From the IMG/VR virus record IMGVR_UViG_3300025009_000088, positions 4,714 through 68,713 of that record: a DNA stretch of 64,000 nucleotides; one strand, 5' to 3'. This DNA comes from a virus. Shown here piece by piece: positions 56,303-64,000 of this stretch. Made by a program: the position numbers and the translations under genes. A model generated the notes under the pieces. The model did no database searches and was not told the DNA's origin. It saw nothing but the letters and a program-made list of their open reading frames with translations. Each line of letters begins with the position of its first letter. Position 1 is the first letter of the stretch.

Positions 56303-56864
56303 CACCGAGACGACTGGCGTTCCCGCAAACTACCGTGCGCCTATGTCCGACACGAACAATTGGCCTCGCCTTGTGCAGATCGGATGGATTGCGATTGAAG
56401 GAAGTTCTGTTTTGGAGGCGATGGAATACATCGTGAAGCCAGACGGTTTTGAAATTCCGGTTGGCGCATCGAATGTTCACAAGATAACAACCGAGATTGC
56501 AATAGTAAAGGGAGAGCCGATTTCGGATGTGGTAAAGTTGTTCAAGTCTTTAATAGATCAGGCAGACGCTATTGTAGGTCATAACATCGACTTCGACGTG
56601 AATATCTTTGGCGCGGAGTATTGGCGACTGTTCCAAAGCAATCCATTTGCAGGAAAGAAAATGGTTTGCACAATGAAATCCAGCACTAACTTCTGCGCTC
56701 TTTCTGGAGGCTACAATGGAAATTACAAGTGGCCGAAGTTGAGCGAACTGTATTTCAAGTTGTTCGAGAAGGACATGGGAGCCGCGCATACCGCACTCCA
56801 GGATATTGAGAATACGGTTTCCTGTTATCGTGCGCTTGTTGAGCGAGGAGTTATCGTTGAGTAA
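56286..56864 (+). CDS. DEDDh 3'-5' exonuclease (DnaQ-like)
   Basis: 'FFDTETTG', 'GHNIDFD', 'AHTALQD'. Confidence 0.9.
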   Translation: MKLFFDTETTGVPANYRAPMSDTNNWPRLVQIGWIAIEGSSVLEAMEYIVKPDGFEIPVGASNVHKITTEIAIVKGEPISDVVKLFKSLIDQADAIVGHNIDFDVNIFGAEYWRLFQSNPFAGKKMVCTMKSSTNFCALSGGYNGNYKWPKLSELYFKLFEKDMGAAHTALQDIENTVSCYRALVERGVIVE

Positions 56865-57855
56865 CGTATTCAACCCTGCGAAGTTTGTCAAAACAGCCAA
56901 AGAAACGTATGATGACAAACTGGCGTTTGACAAGTTCATAGCAGACAATTCGCACCTCGCACAACCGTTTCACGTGGACGGATTGGAGAAACTTGTGCCT
57001 CCGCAGTTTCCAGGCGAATTGGCTATGTATGTTGGCAAGCCTCATCATGGAAAGTCAACTGCCCTGCGAGACGTTGCTTTCAAGGCACAGCGCAGGATTG
57101 AAGGAACTGACGGCTTTATCGTAGGCATGGTTTCTCTGGAAGATACCTCCGAAGCAACTGCCGCAAAGCAAGCCAGACGATATGGAGACAAGCCACTCGA
57201 ATATCAGGACGACCAATTTATCTTTGTTGGCAACTCATTCAACATGACCGTTGCAGACATGGCGAGTTTGAACGTGACAAACATCATCTCTGCGCTCGAC
57301 TATGGCAGAGGACAATTTGCCGCAAACATGAATTACTCGTTTATCGCAATTGACTACGCCCAACTGATACCGCCCGATCCAGAACGGCGCATGATGACCT
57401 CGCAAGATCAGAAACGGTTGCAAGTCGCAGATGACGTAAAGCGCATCTTCCACATGGCGAAGTATTTCAAGTGTCCGATTGGCTTGGCTTCACAAGCATT
57501 GATAAAACAGCAACGAGATAGTTATTCCTCTAAAATGAGGATACCGGGAGCCGCAGACCTGAAAGAAGCCAGTGAATTGTTTGAAGTGCCTGATATTGTT
57601 TATTCATACTGGCAACCAAAGCACGAACATCCGATAGGCTCCAAGATAGAGGAAGATGGCTGGAGTTTCGAAGTATCTTCAAACCTATGCTTTGTGCGGA
57701 TTGTAAAAAGGCGCAATGCAGAGTTACTTGGTTTCGTTGGAAGCACGGATATTATCGGACGAGTATTTCCGTGCAGGATAAGAGAAGACGGTTCGTTTTA
57801 CTACAGCAAGGAAGAACACAGAAGCATGTATCTTCCTCTGCTTTATGCACAATAG
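56857..57855 (+). CDS. DnaB-like (SF4) replicative helicase, C-terminal domain type
   Basis: Walker A 'GKPHHGKST', 'SLE', 'IDYAQL', 'ASQ', 'K.R'. Confidence 0.75.
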   Translation: MSNVFNPAKFVKTAKETYDDKLAFDKFIADNSHLAQPFHVDGLEKLVPPQFPGELAMYVGKPHHGKSTALRDVAFKAQRRIEGTDGFIVGMVSLEDTSEATAAKQARRYGDKPLEYQDDQFIFVGNSFNMTVADMASLNVTNIISALDYGRGQFAANMNYSFIAIDYAQLIPPDPERRMMTSQDQKRLQVADDVKRIFHMAKYFKCPIGLASQALIKQQRDSYSSKMRIPGAADLKEASELFEVPDIVYSYWQPKHEHPIGSKIEEDGWSFEVSSNLCFVRIVKRRNAELLGFVGSTDIIGRVFPCRIREDGSFYYSKEEHRSMYLPLLYAQ

Positions 57856-57868
57856 GAGAAAAATTAGA

Positions 57869-58168
57869 ATGATAAAAAGTATTGAGTTGCTTGAATTGAT
57901 TTCTGAATTTAATTTATCCGAGGACAAGTCGCGCAAGGCTCTTGGTGAAGAAATAAAAAGATTGGTAGAGCAAGAATTAGAACCTGCGGAAGAGTTGTTG
58001 GCGGAGGTGCTGGATTGGTATAAAAGCCGCTCTGCTCCGAGCGATACCTACAAATATTCTCGATGTCCTATTTGCCGACAAACCTGGTGGGATGGGAAAG
58101 AAAAGCATAATTTTGGTTGTTGGATTCCTCGCTTAGAAAGTCTCGCAAAGATTGAGGAGAAACAATGA
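57869..58168 (+). CDS. Hypothetical protein
   Basis: AGGAG RBS; CPIC...H...C. Confidence 0.5.
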   Translation: MIKSIELLELISEFNLSEDKSRKALGEEIKRLVEQELEPAEELLAEVLDWYKSRSAPSDTYKYSRCPICRQTWWDGKEKHNFGCWIPRLESLAKIEEKQ

Positions 58169-58379
58169 AAAAACTAAAAAACTGGTTAGGAAAGATCATC
58201 TTTCTTGCGTCTGTCGTGACGTTGACAGAGTCGATGAAATGGATAAGTAAAGACGCTACAAGGGTGGTTGCGATGGACGCGCTTATTCACTTAGGAAAGA
58301 CGGCGCAGGAAACAAAAAACGGATGGAATTTCTAATTAGAAATTAATCTACTGCGAAAGAAACGAGGTAAGATAGACAC

Positions 58380-59357
58380 ATGCGCGAAGACGTTCTTCCT
58401 ATTGAATTTGCCTCAATTGCCAACAAGGTAACTTGTGTCAGGCGCAAGTCTGCAAATGAATTTAGCTCGTCGTGTGTGAACTGCGGGGGTTCTGTTCACA
58501 AGAATGGCGATCCGTCTGACCGCTTTGTTATGTTCCGAGTTGGCAGGGGCGGCTTTCCTCTTGGCTTCTGTCGAAAATGTGGTTACAGGTGGTATCCCGC
58601 CAAAGAACAAAAGCCGTCAAAAGAGGAAATGGATGAGTGGCGCAAGAACCAGATTGAAATTGAGAAGTCTCGTATCGAAGCCGCAAAGCGTTCCATTGAA
58701 CTCCTGCAAGCGGATAAAATGTGGGAGATTTTCTACAGCCAAAACAATGGCTACAGCGTTGACGTATTTCGCTCCTGGGGCATTGCGGATAGCTGGATTG
58801 ATTATCTCAAGTTGGGACTGATACCAGATTACACGGTGTATCGTCACAACGAGGAAGCGTATCACTCACCTGCGTTTGCAATTCCAGTCTGGAACGTAGG
58901 CGGAATTGTGCAGAATATAAAGTTGAGAATTGCAAATCCGAAAGAGGACACAGACCGCTACAGGAACTTTTACGCAATGGGGAACTCCTATTTATTCATA
59001 CCGCTGTACGACATTCCGCTAACAGGCGCAGGTCTTATTGTTGAAGGCGAGAAGAAAGCGATTGTCATGGAGCAAACTTTAGACGATATGGGAATTAGAG
59101 TTATTGGAGTGCAAACGAAAACACCCGCGCCTGAACTTTTTGAACAGTTGAAAGACCTAGACCCGATATATATTTGGCTCGATCCTGACGCAATGAAAAA
59201 GGATAAGAAAGCACCAGAAACCGCAGTTGAAAGAATGGTGCGATATGTTGGAAAAGAGAGAGCAAGGATTGTTGATTGTCCAGTGAAGTGCGACGATGGA
59301 ATTGTTCTGCAAGGATTGAATCCGAAGCAATTCCTGCGAATGGCGAAGAAGGCATAG
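58380..59357 (+). CDS. DNA primase (Zn finger + TOPRIM)
   Basis: 'CVNCG...DRF...CRKCG'; 'LIVEGEKKA'; 'WLDPDA'. Confidence 0.85.
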   Translation: MREDVLPIEFASIANKVTCVRRKSANEFSSSCVNCGGSVHKNGDPSDRFVMFRVGRGGFPLGFCRKCGYRWYPAKEQKPSKEEMDEWRKNQIEIEKSRIEAAKRSIELLQADKMWEIFYSQNNGYSVDVFRSWGIADSWIDYLKLGLIPDYTVYRHNEEAYHSPAFAIPVWNVGGIVQNIKLRIANPKEDTDRYRNFYAMGNSYLFIPLYDIPLTGAGLIVEGEKKAIVMEQTLDDMGIRVIGVQTKTPAPELFEQLKDLDPIYIWLDPDAMKKDKKAPETAVERMVRYVGKERARIVDCPVKCDDGIVLQGLNPKQFLRMAKKA

Positions 59358-59364
59358 TGAAAGG

Positions 59365-59577
59365 ATGAAAATGGAAACAAATATCGAGGTCGCATTGTAT
59401 CTGTTGGCAATTAGTCCGAATGACGCTGAGCGCGATTGTGGTAAGCGTGCCGCAGAGGAGTACGATAGATTGCGCGCTTTCGCGGACGGCATGTTGAGAT
59501 TGGTTGACGATTGGAACGACACCGGATTTATTGACGACGTAAAGGTAAACGCCCTTGCTTCAGAGTTTAGAGAATGA
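59365..59577 (+). CDS. Hypothetical protein
   Basis: Short ORF with RBS. Confidence 0.45.
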   Translation: MKMETNIEVALYLLAISPNDAERDCGKRAAEEYDRLRAFADGMLRLVDDWNDTGFIDDVKVNALASEFRE

Positions 59578-59613
59578 GTTGTTCGAATTTATCGAATAAC
59601 TGAAAGGATAAAA

Positions 59614-59994
59614 ATGAGCGATAAAATTCAACTGGTTTGCGCCGATTGTGGAAAAGATATTGTTGTGCTTGCCGACAAGGTTATTCCGTGTACTTGCCTA
59701 AGAGATGCTCTGACAGTAGAAACAGAGGAAGGAAATTTATTGCGCGCAGAACTTGCGGAATTGAAAAACCACGCCTACGTATGGGCTGGAAGCGATCCGT
59801 TTACGGGAGAACAAGTTCTTGGTCTGCTGAATGAGAATGACAGATTGCGGAAGCGCGTTATTGACGCAGACGAGGTGGTAAGACAAATCAAGGACGTTTT
59901 GCCTATGTTGGTGCAATATTCATCGGCGCGCTGGATCGCAGAGGCAATTAATAAATACGATCCCCTTGATAAAACTCAAAAGTCGCACGAATGA
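59614..59994 (+). CDS. Hypothetical protein
   Basis: AAGGA RBS. Confidence 0.5.
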   Translation: MSDKIQLVCADCGKDIVVLADKVIPCTCLRDALTVETEEGNLLRAELAELKNHAYVWAGSDPFTGEQVLGLLNENDRLRKRVIDADEVVRQIKDVLPMLVQYSSARWIAEAINKYDPLDKTQKSHE

Positions 59995-60032
59995 ACCATT
60001 CGATAAATTCGATTAGTTGCGAAAGGAATAAA

Positions 60033-60473
60033 ATGAAGAAAATCTACTACGTTGTTATCGTGCTTGCCTTGTTTTTGGTATCTGCAAAAAGTCTGAATTG
60101 TCAGCAATGGCTTGTTTCTCAAACAACCGGAATGTGCCTGCAAGACATAAGGCAGGAAAACACAGACTATACGGATACCTATGTTGACTATGAATATCAG
60201 GAAGGGCGTTGGCTGATTCAAAAGGAAATCGCCATTCCTGATTATCCTGTATTGCTTGGCTCAAACTTCAACAAATACAGGATTGTTCCTGTTTCAGTTT
60301 ATTATCAATATGACATGCCCTCGATATACATTCAAGGAAAGCTGATTTGTGACAGCAACGGATCGGATATTCCTCGTTTAGTAATTAGCATTCCTGCGCA
60401 AACCGGATACGTTGCAAACATACATTTCAGCATTGTCAATTGGAATATAATTTATGAACCGTGCAGTTACTAG
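60033..60473 (+). CDS. Putative secreted protein
   Basis: 'MKKIYYVVIVLALFLVSAKS' signal-peptide-like N-terminus; AAGGA RBS. Confidence 0.55.
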   Translation: MKKIYYVVIVLALFLVSAKSLNCQQWLVSQTTGMCLQDIRQENTDYTDTYVDYEYQEGRWLIQKEIAIPDYPVLLGSNFNKYRIVPVSVYYQYDMPSIYIQGKLICDSNGSDIPRLVISIPAQTGYVANIHFSIVNWNIIYEPCSY

Positions 60474-60490
60474 CGAAAGAAGGTGACAAA

Positions 60491-60679
60491 ATGAACCTCT
60501 GGACAACCTACTTGGTAATTGGCTTGCTTGTTGGCGCGCTGTTCGTCTCACGCGCTAATCACAGAGGGTTCTTGAGAATGATAACGGCCACCGTCATCGT
60601 GATTTTGCTTTGGCCTGTGTGGTTGGGATTGACGGTATTCTGGACAATCAAGTATTACATTGAAGCGCGGAAGGGATGA
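60491..60679 (+). CDS. Small membrane protein
   Basis: Two TM helices, 'LLWP' motif. Confidence 0.5.
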   Translation: MNLWTTYLVIGLLVGALFVSRANHRGFLRMITATVIVILLWPVWLGLTVFWTIKYYIEARKG

Positions 60680-60680
60680 A

Positions 60681-61001
60681 ATGAATATCCTCGTCGAAGT
60701 CTGCGGCTCTCTGTCTCTCCTGCTAATACTCCTATTTATCGCAGGAGTTATCCGAGGTGCAATACGAGAACAACAAAGACCTCCTAGAAAACCGCAGTTA
60801 GGACGACCTATTGCGCTCAACGCTTGGAATTATCGCACAGCATACGCAAGCGGAGTTTGTACTAACGAGTTTGAAGATGGACTGCATGTGTTTTATCGGA
60901 CATCGAAAGAGAAGGAGATAGCAGAGAGAAATTTTCCGAATGCGATTATTCAGGAAATGACCGCCGAGGATTTGTTCCATTTCGAACATCCGAACAGATA
61001 A
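60681..61001 (+). CDS. Membrane-anchored hypothetical protein
   Basis: N-terminal TM helix. Confidence 0.45.
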   Translation: MNILVEVCGSLSLLLILLFIAGVIRGAIREQQRPPRKPQLGRPIALNAWNYRTAYASGVCTNEFEDGLHVFYRTSKEKEIAERNFPNAIIQEMTAEDLFHFEHPNR

Positions 61002-61013
61002 GGAAATTATGAA

Positions 61014-61343
61014 ATGTCAGACGGAATAAAGTTTTGGTATCCTATCAGAAACACCGTACAGCCAGCTCTGCTTGACAATACAAGAAATACCATTGTTGAA
61101 ATACCGATGATGGGTCATATCGAGCAGAGTGGCTATCTTCTGTGCGCAAAAAACAAGGTGAAGTTGCTGGAGAAACTCAATACAAAGAATAGCGTTGTCG
61201 TCGTAACCAGAAAACAAGGAGTCGATATATGTCCAGATTGCCAAAAAGCATACAAAGAAAACAAGTGGCTGGCGTGGCAAAAGTGGGTTTCGCCTTCCGG
61301 CACAGGGACGCAAGATCAAAGTTTATCTACCGAGGAAAAGTAA
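61014..61343 (+). CDS. Hypothetical protein
   Basis: H...C...CPDC motif. Confidence 0.5.
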   Translation: MSDGIKFWYPIRNTVQPALLDNTRNTIVEIPMMGHIEQSGYLLCAKNKVKLLEKLNTKNSVVVVTRKQGVDICPDCQKAYKENKWLAWQKWVSPSGTGTQDQSLSTEEK

Positions 61344-61359
61344 TCAAGAAGGAGAAACG

Positions 61360-62040
61360 ATGAAAGATATGGTTGAACTGACAAGCGGACTAGACCAAGT
61401 TGTGCCTTTGCTTGACATGGAAAAGGTTGTCTTTGATAAGATAGACGAGGCAACTCAAAAGGCTTTCCTCGAAGGCAGTATGGAGCCTGTTTGGTCAATG
61501 GGGCTTGGTTTGTCTGCTGTCGGAAAAGCAAGTGGTCTTGGACTGGCGAAACTTCTCTACAATGGCGAAAAAATGTGGAAGGAATTGACGGGAGGGAGCG
61601 AGAAGGAATATTACGAAGAAGCGTTTATGAAGATCGGAAAGCACAAGCAGACCGTTATCCGATACCGTGCCATCTGGAAAATGTTTGACGAGTGTGTTGT
61701 TCCTGGTGAATACGTTGACAGGTTGTACGCTCTTGGCGTGAAAATGCTTTCTCCAATTGCGCAATGCGTGAAGGAAGGATACGAAATTCCTTCAAACAAA
61801 TGGCTGGCTCTTGCAGAGTGTGTTGACGAAGCAGAGGTAAGGACAATTATCAAGAAAATCAAAGGCAAGGAAGATAACTCAAACAATAAAACTCGTTTCA
61901 TTGACAGGGACGGAGATTATGTTCTTTGGGTGAAAGAGAAGAAATACAATATTGGACATTTCAATGTGGACGAAGATGACGAGACAGTGAAGGCTGAGAT
62001 TACTCGTGCGATCAGTCTGCTTGGTCTAATGGAAAAATGA
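61360..62040 (+). CDS. Hypothetical protein
   Basis: AAGGAG RBS, 226 aa. Confidence 0.65.
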   Translation: MKDMVELTSGLDQVVPLLDMEKVVFDKIDEATQKAFLEGSMEPVWSMGLGLSAVGKASGLGLAKLLYNGEKMWKELTGGSEKEYYEEAFMKIGKHKQTVIRYRAIWKMFDECVVPGEYVDRLYALGVKMLSPIAQCVKEGYEIPSNKWLALAECVDEAEVRTIIKKIKGKEDNSNNKTRFIDRDGDYVLWVKEKKYNIGHFNVDEDDETVKAEITRAISLLGLMEK

Positions 62041-62537
62041 GCGACGGTAAAACACACGCAACCGCCTCCACCATACTTGCAATTGGATTTTCTATGGTTG
62101 CGTTCTTTACAAGCGAGCCTATGTACTACGAGTGCGCAGTAGGCTCTCTTGTTGGAATACTAGTTTCTCCAGACTTGGATTTGAGCAATGGCGGCATTGT
62201 TTACGGAAACAAGATAAAGAAAAAGGTAGGCTGGTTTGGTTCAAGAGCGTGGAAGTTTTTCTGGAACGGTTACGCCAAAAGTCTAAAGCATGGATCGTTC
62301 GCGAGCCACTTTCCTGTATTTTCCACCTTTATGAGAATGTCTTACATATTCTTTTTCGTAATATTCCTGCCAACAATTCTCATAAAACTGGTCGCCGGTT
62401 CTAATATGAATCTCATCTATGAACTGAAATGGTGGATTATAATGTTCTTCAAGCCGACGTTGTTTATCGGGCTTGCAGGAAGTGACCTCATCCATGCGAT
62501 TTTAGACGCAATAACGAAGGAGAAAAATGAAATATAA
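62037..62537 (+). CDS. DUF2227-like metal-binding membrane protein
   Basis: 'M.DGKTH', 'SPDLD', 'W..Y....H....SH', 'H...D'. Confidence 0.7.
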   Translation: MSDGKTHATASTILAIGFSMVAFFTSEPMYYECAVGSLVGILVSPDLDLSNGGIVYGNKIKKKVGWFGSRAWKFFWNGYAKSLKHGSFASHFPVFSTFMRMSYIFFFVIFLPTILIKLVAGSNMNLIYELKWWIIMFFKPTLFIGLAGSDLIHAILDAITKEKNEI

Positions 62538-63108
62538 AACAATCGTCATTGATCCGCCTTGGAAATACGGCAGGTGGGGGGCTGGCAGTAAAAATTGTTT
62601 GCTTGCGGAAAATGAACACAATGTTGAACTGGATTTACCATATCCCTTTATGACCATTGAAGAAATTGTCGCCCTGCCCATCCGCGATTTAGCAGACACA
62701 GATTGCGAGTTATATGTTTGGACTACCGAAAAATATTTACCACAAACATTTCCTATCATGGATAAATGGGGTTTCAAATATTGCGAGACTCTTACTTGGT
62801 GTAAAGAACCGAGAGGTACGGGGCAGGGCGGATTATTCACTCCGACCACTGAATTTATTGTACACGGACGTATCGGTAAAATGCCAATCAAAAAACGCAT
62901 TGATACTACGTGGTGGAAGGTTACTCGAACAAAGCATCATAGCCAAAAGCCGGAATGTTTTCAGGACATAATTGAGCAGGTAAGTGATGCTCCGCGTCTT
63001 GAGATGTTTGCCCGTCGTCAAAGATTGGGTTGGGATGTTTTCGGCAACGAAGTCGAGAACTCTATAAACATCGCGTCCGTAACAAAGGAACAAAATAGTA
63101 ATGAGTAA
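62527..63108 (+). CDS. MT-A70 family N6-adenine methyltransferase
   Basis: 'IDPPW', 'Y..M...EI..LP...LA', 'WGF.Y', 'HSQKP', 'LEMFAR...GWD.FGNE'. Confidence 0.9.
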   Translation: MKYKTIVIDPPWKYGRWGAGSKNCLLAENEHNVELDLPYPFMTIEEIVALPIRDLADTDCELYVWTTEKYLPQTFPIMDKWGFKYCETLTWCKEPRGTGQGGLFTPTTEFIVHGRIGKMPIKKRIDTTWWKVTRTKHHSQKPECFQDIIEQVSDAPRLEMFARRQRLGWDVFGNEVENSINIASVTKEQNSNE

Positions 63109-64000
63109 ATTCATAGGAAAATCACATTTGACAACAAGAACTGTTACGGGCTTTCGCTCTCTTGATCTTGCGTTTCCGCAGTTCTCGAAAACTGGCGAAG
63201 TAAAGGTTGGCATACCAAACAACATTCCATATCTTGCGTTTGGTCAGAGTGGAATCGGAAAAAGCACTCTCTGTACTGCAATGGCGGGAATAATTGCAAA
63301 AGAGCAGGATAAGGATATTGCATTGCGTTCCATCGAGGGCTTTGACGCAGAGTGGACAGGTGCGCAGTTGGATGCGGTTGGGTTCGATGGAAATGTGCGT
63401 TTGGCAGAAGGAATGGACACGGAGGAGTATAATCTTGACCTCCTGCTAGGGCTAATGAGAGACGAAGGGGTTGCAGTTGGAATACTGGATAGCATAGCAG
63501 GAATTCAACCGGAAGCCGAGATAAACGCAAAATCGGTTGTCGAAATTCAAATGGGGCGCAGGGCGCAGATCACGAATAAGTTAATGCGCCATGTTACAAA
63601 CCTGTCCATTTGGAGAGAAAGTCCGCTGGCGTTCTTTGCTATCACGCACGAGTACAAGTCCTATTCGCAGTACGAACCGTCCACGAAACCAGGCGGAGAC
63701 GGAAAGCAGTATCTATCACGCGCTCACCTAAAGATTGCGAGAGAAAAATGGGCGCAGGATATGAAATATGTCATGGACGACGGTTCGTTTATCATCAAAG
63801 GAACTGTCGATAAGTTCAATTATGGTATCAAGGGCAAAGAGTTCTGGATGTTCATTCTTGCGAACTTTGGAGCGCACCGAGGAATGTCTGCTGTTTTCGA
63901 TGCAATTCAGTATGGGGTTGCGCAAAGAAAGAGAGGCAGGATAGTGTGCGGAGAATGGAATTCAACTTTATCTGAAATGATGAAACACGCACGTTCACAC
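63101..64000 (+). CDS. RecA/UvsX-like recombinase (partial, runs off the window; not in ORF track)
   Basis: MSKFIGK...'TG..SLDLA', Walker A 'GQSGIGKST', 'ILDSIAG..P.AE', 'MGRRAQ', 'PGG.G..Y'. Confidence 0.8.
   Translation, partial: MSKFIGKSHLTTRTVTGFRSLDLAFPQFSKTGEVKVGIPNNIPYLAFGQSGIGKSTLCTAMAGIIAKEQDKDIALRSIEGFDAEWTGAQLDAVGFDGNVRLAEGMDTEEYNLDLLLGLMRDEGVAVGILDSIAGIQPEAEINAKSVVEIQMGRRAQITNKLMRHVTNLSIWRESPLAFFAITHEYKSYSQYEPSTKPGGDGKQYLSRAHLKIAREKWAQDMKYVMDDGSFIIKGTVDKFNYGIKGKEFWMFILANFGAHRGMSAVFDAIQYGVAQRKRGRIVCGEWNSTLSEMMKHARSH

Noticed and set aside
1-64000. CRISPR array
   Set aside because: No run of identical 23-47 bp repeats with regular spacers; the 15-bp palindromes are irregularly dispersed and no cas genes were seen.

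Overview
This window is a 64-kb segment of a tailed dsDNA phage genome (siphovirus-like; host cannot be fixed from sequence alone) with two divergent arms meeting at ~36.6-36.75 kb. The minus-strand arm (1-36.6 kb) is the late morphogenesis module: terminase, portal, ChaB-protease-scaffold, major capsid, head-tail genes, tail tube, tape measure and tail tip/fibre proteins. Between the capsid and head-tail genes sits an ~11.5-kb glycan locus with six glycosyltransferases, a methyltransferase and RmlD-, RfbG-, SDR- and RfbH/DdhC-type enzymes; the RfbH carries a 381-aa LAGLIDADG intein. Several virion proteins are enriched in [S/T]-G-[S/T], which together with this locus suggests virion glycosylation with a phage-made 3,6-dideoxyhexose (inference). 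The plus-strand arm (36.75-64 kb) has membrane and small genes, an early-type array of small ORFs separated by long hairpins (acidic anti-restriction-like proteins, a one-domain beta-clamp), and recombination/replication genes (Mgm101/Rad52-like SSAP, SSB, initiator, exonuclease, helicase, primase, MT-A70 methylase, RecA-like). Twelve copies of a 15-bp palindrome (approx. WWWACACSGTGTAAW) are spread over both arms, and there are several structured ncRNA candidates at 49.0, 51.2-51.8 and 52.8 kb. I saw no integrase, endolysin, reverse transcriptase or CRISPR array. All family assignments come from motif recognition by eye, not database searches.
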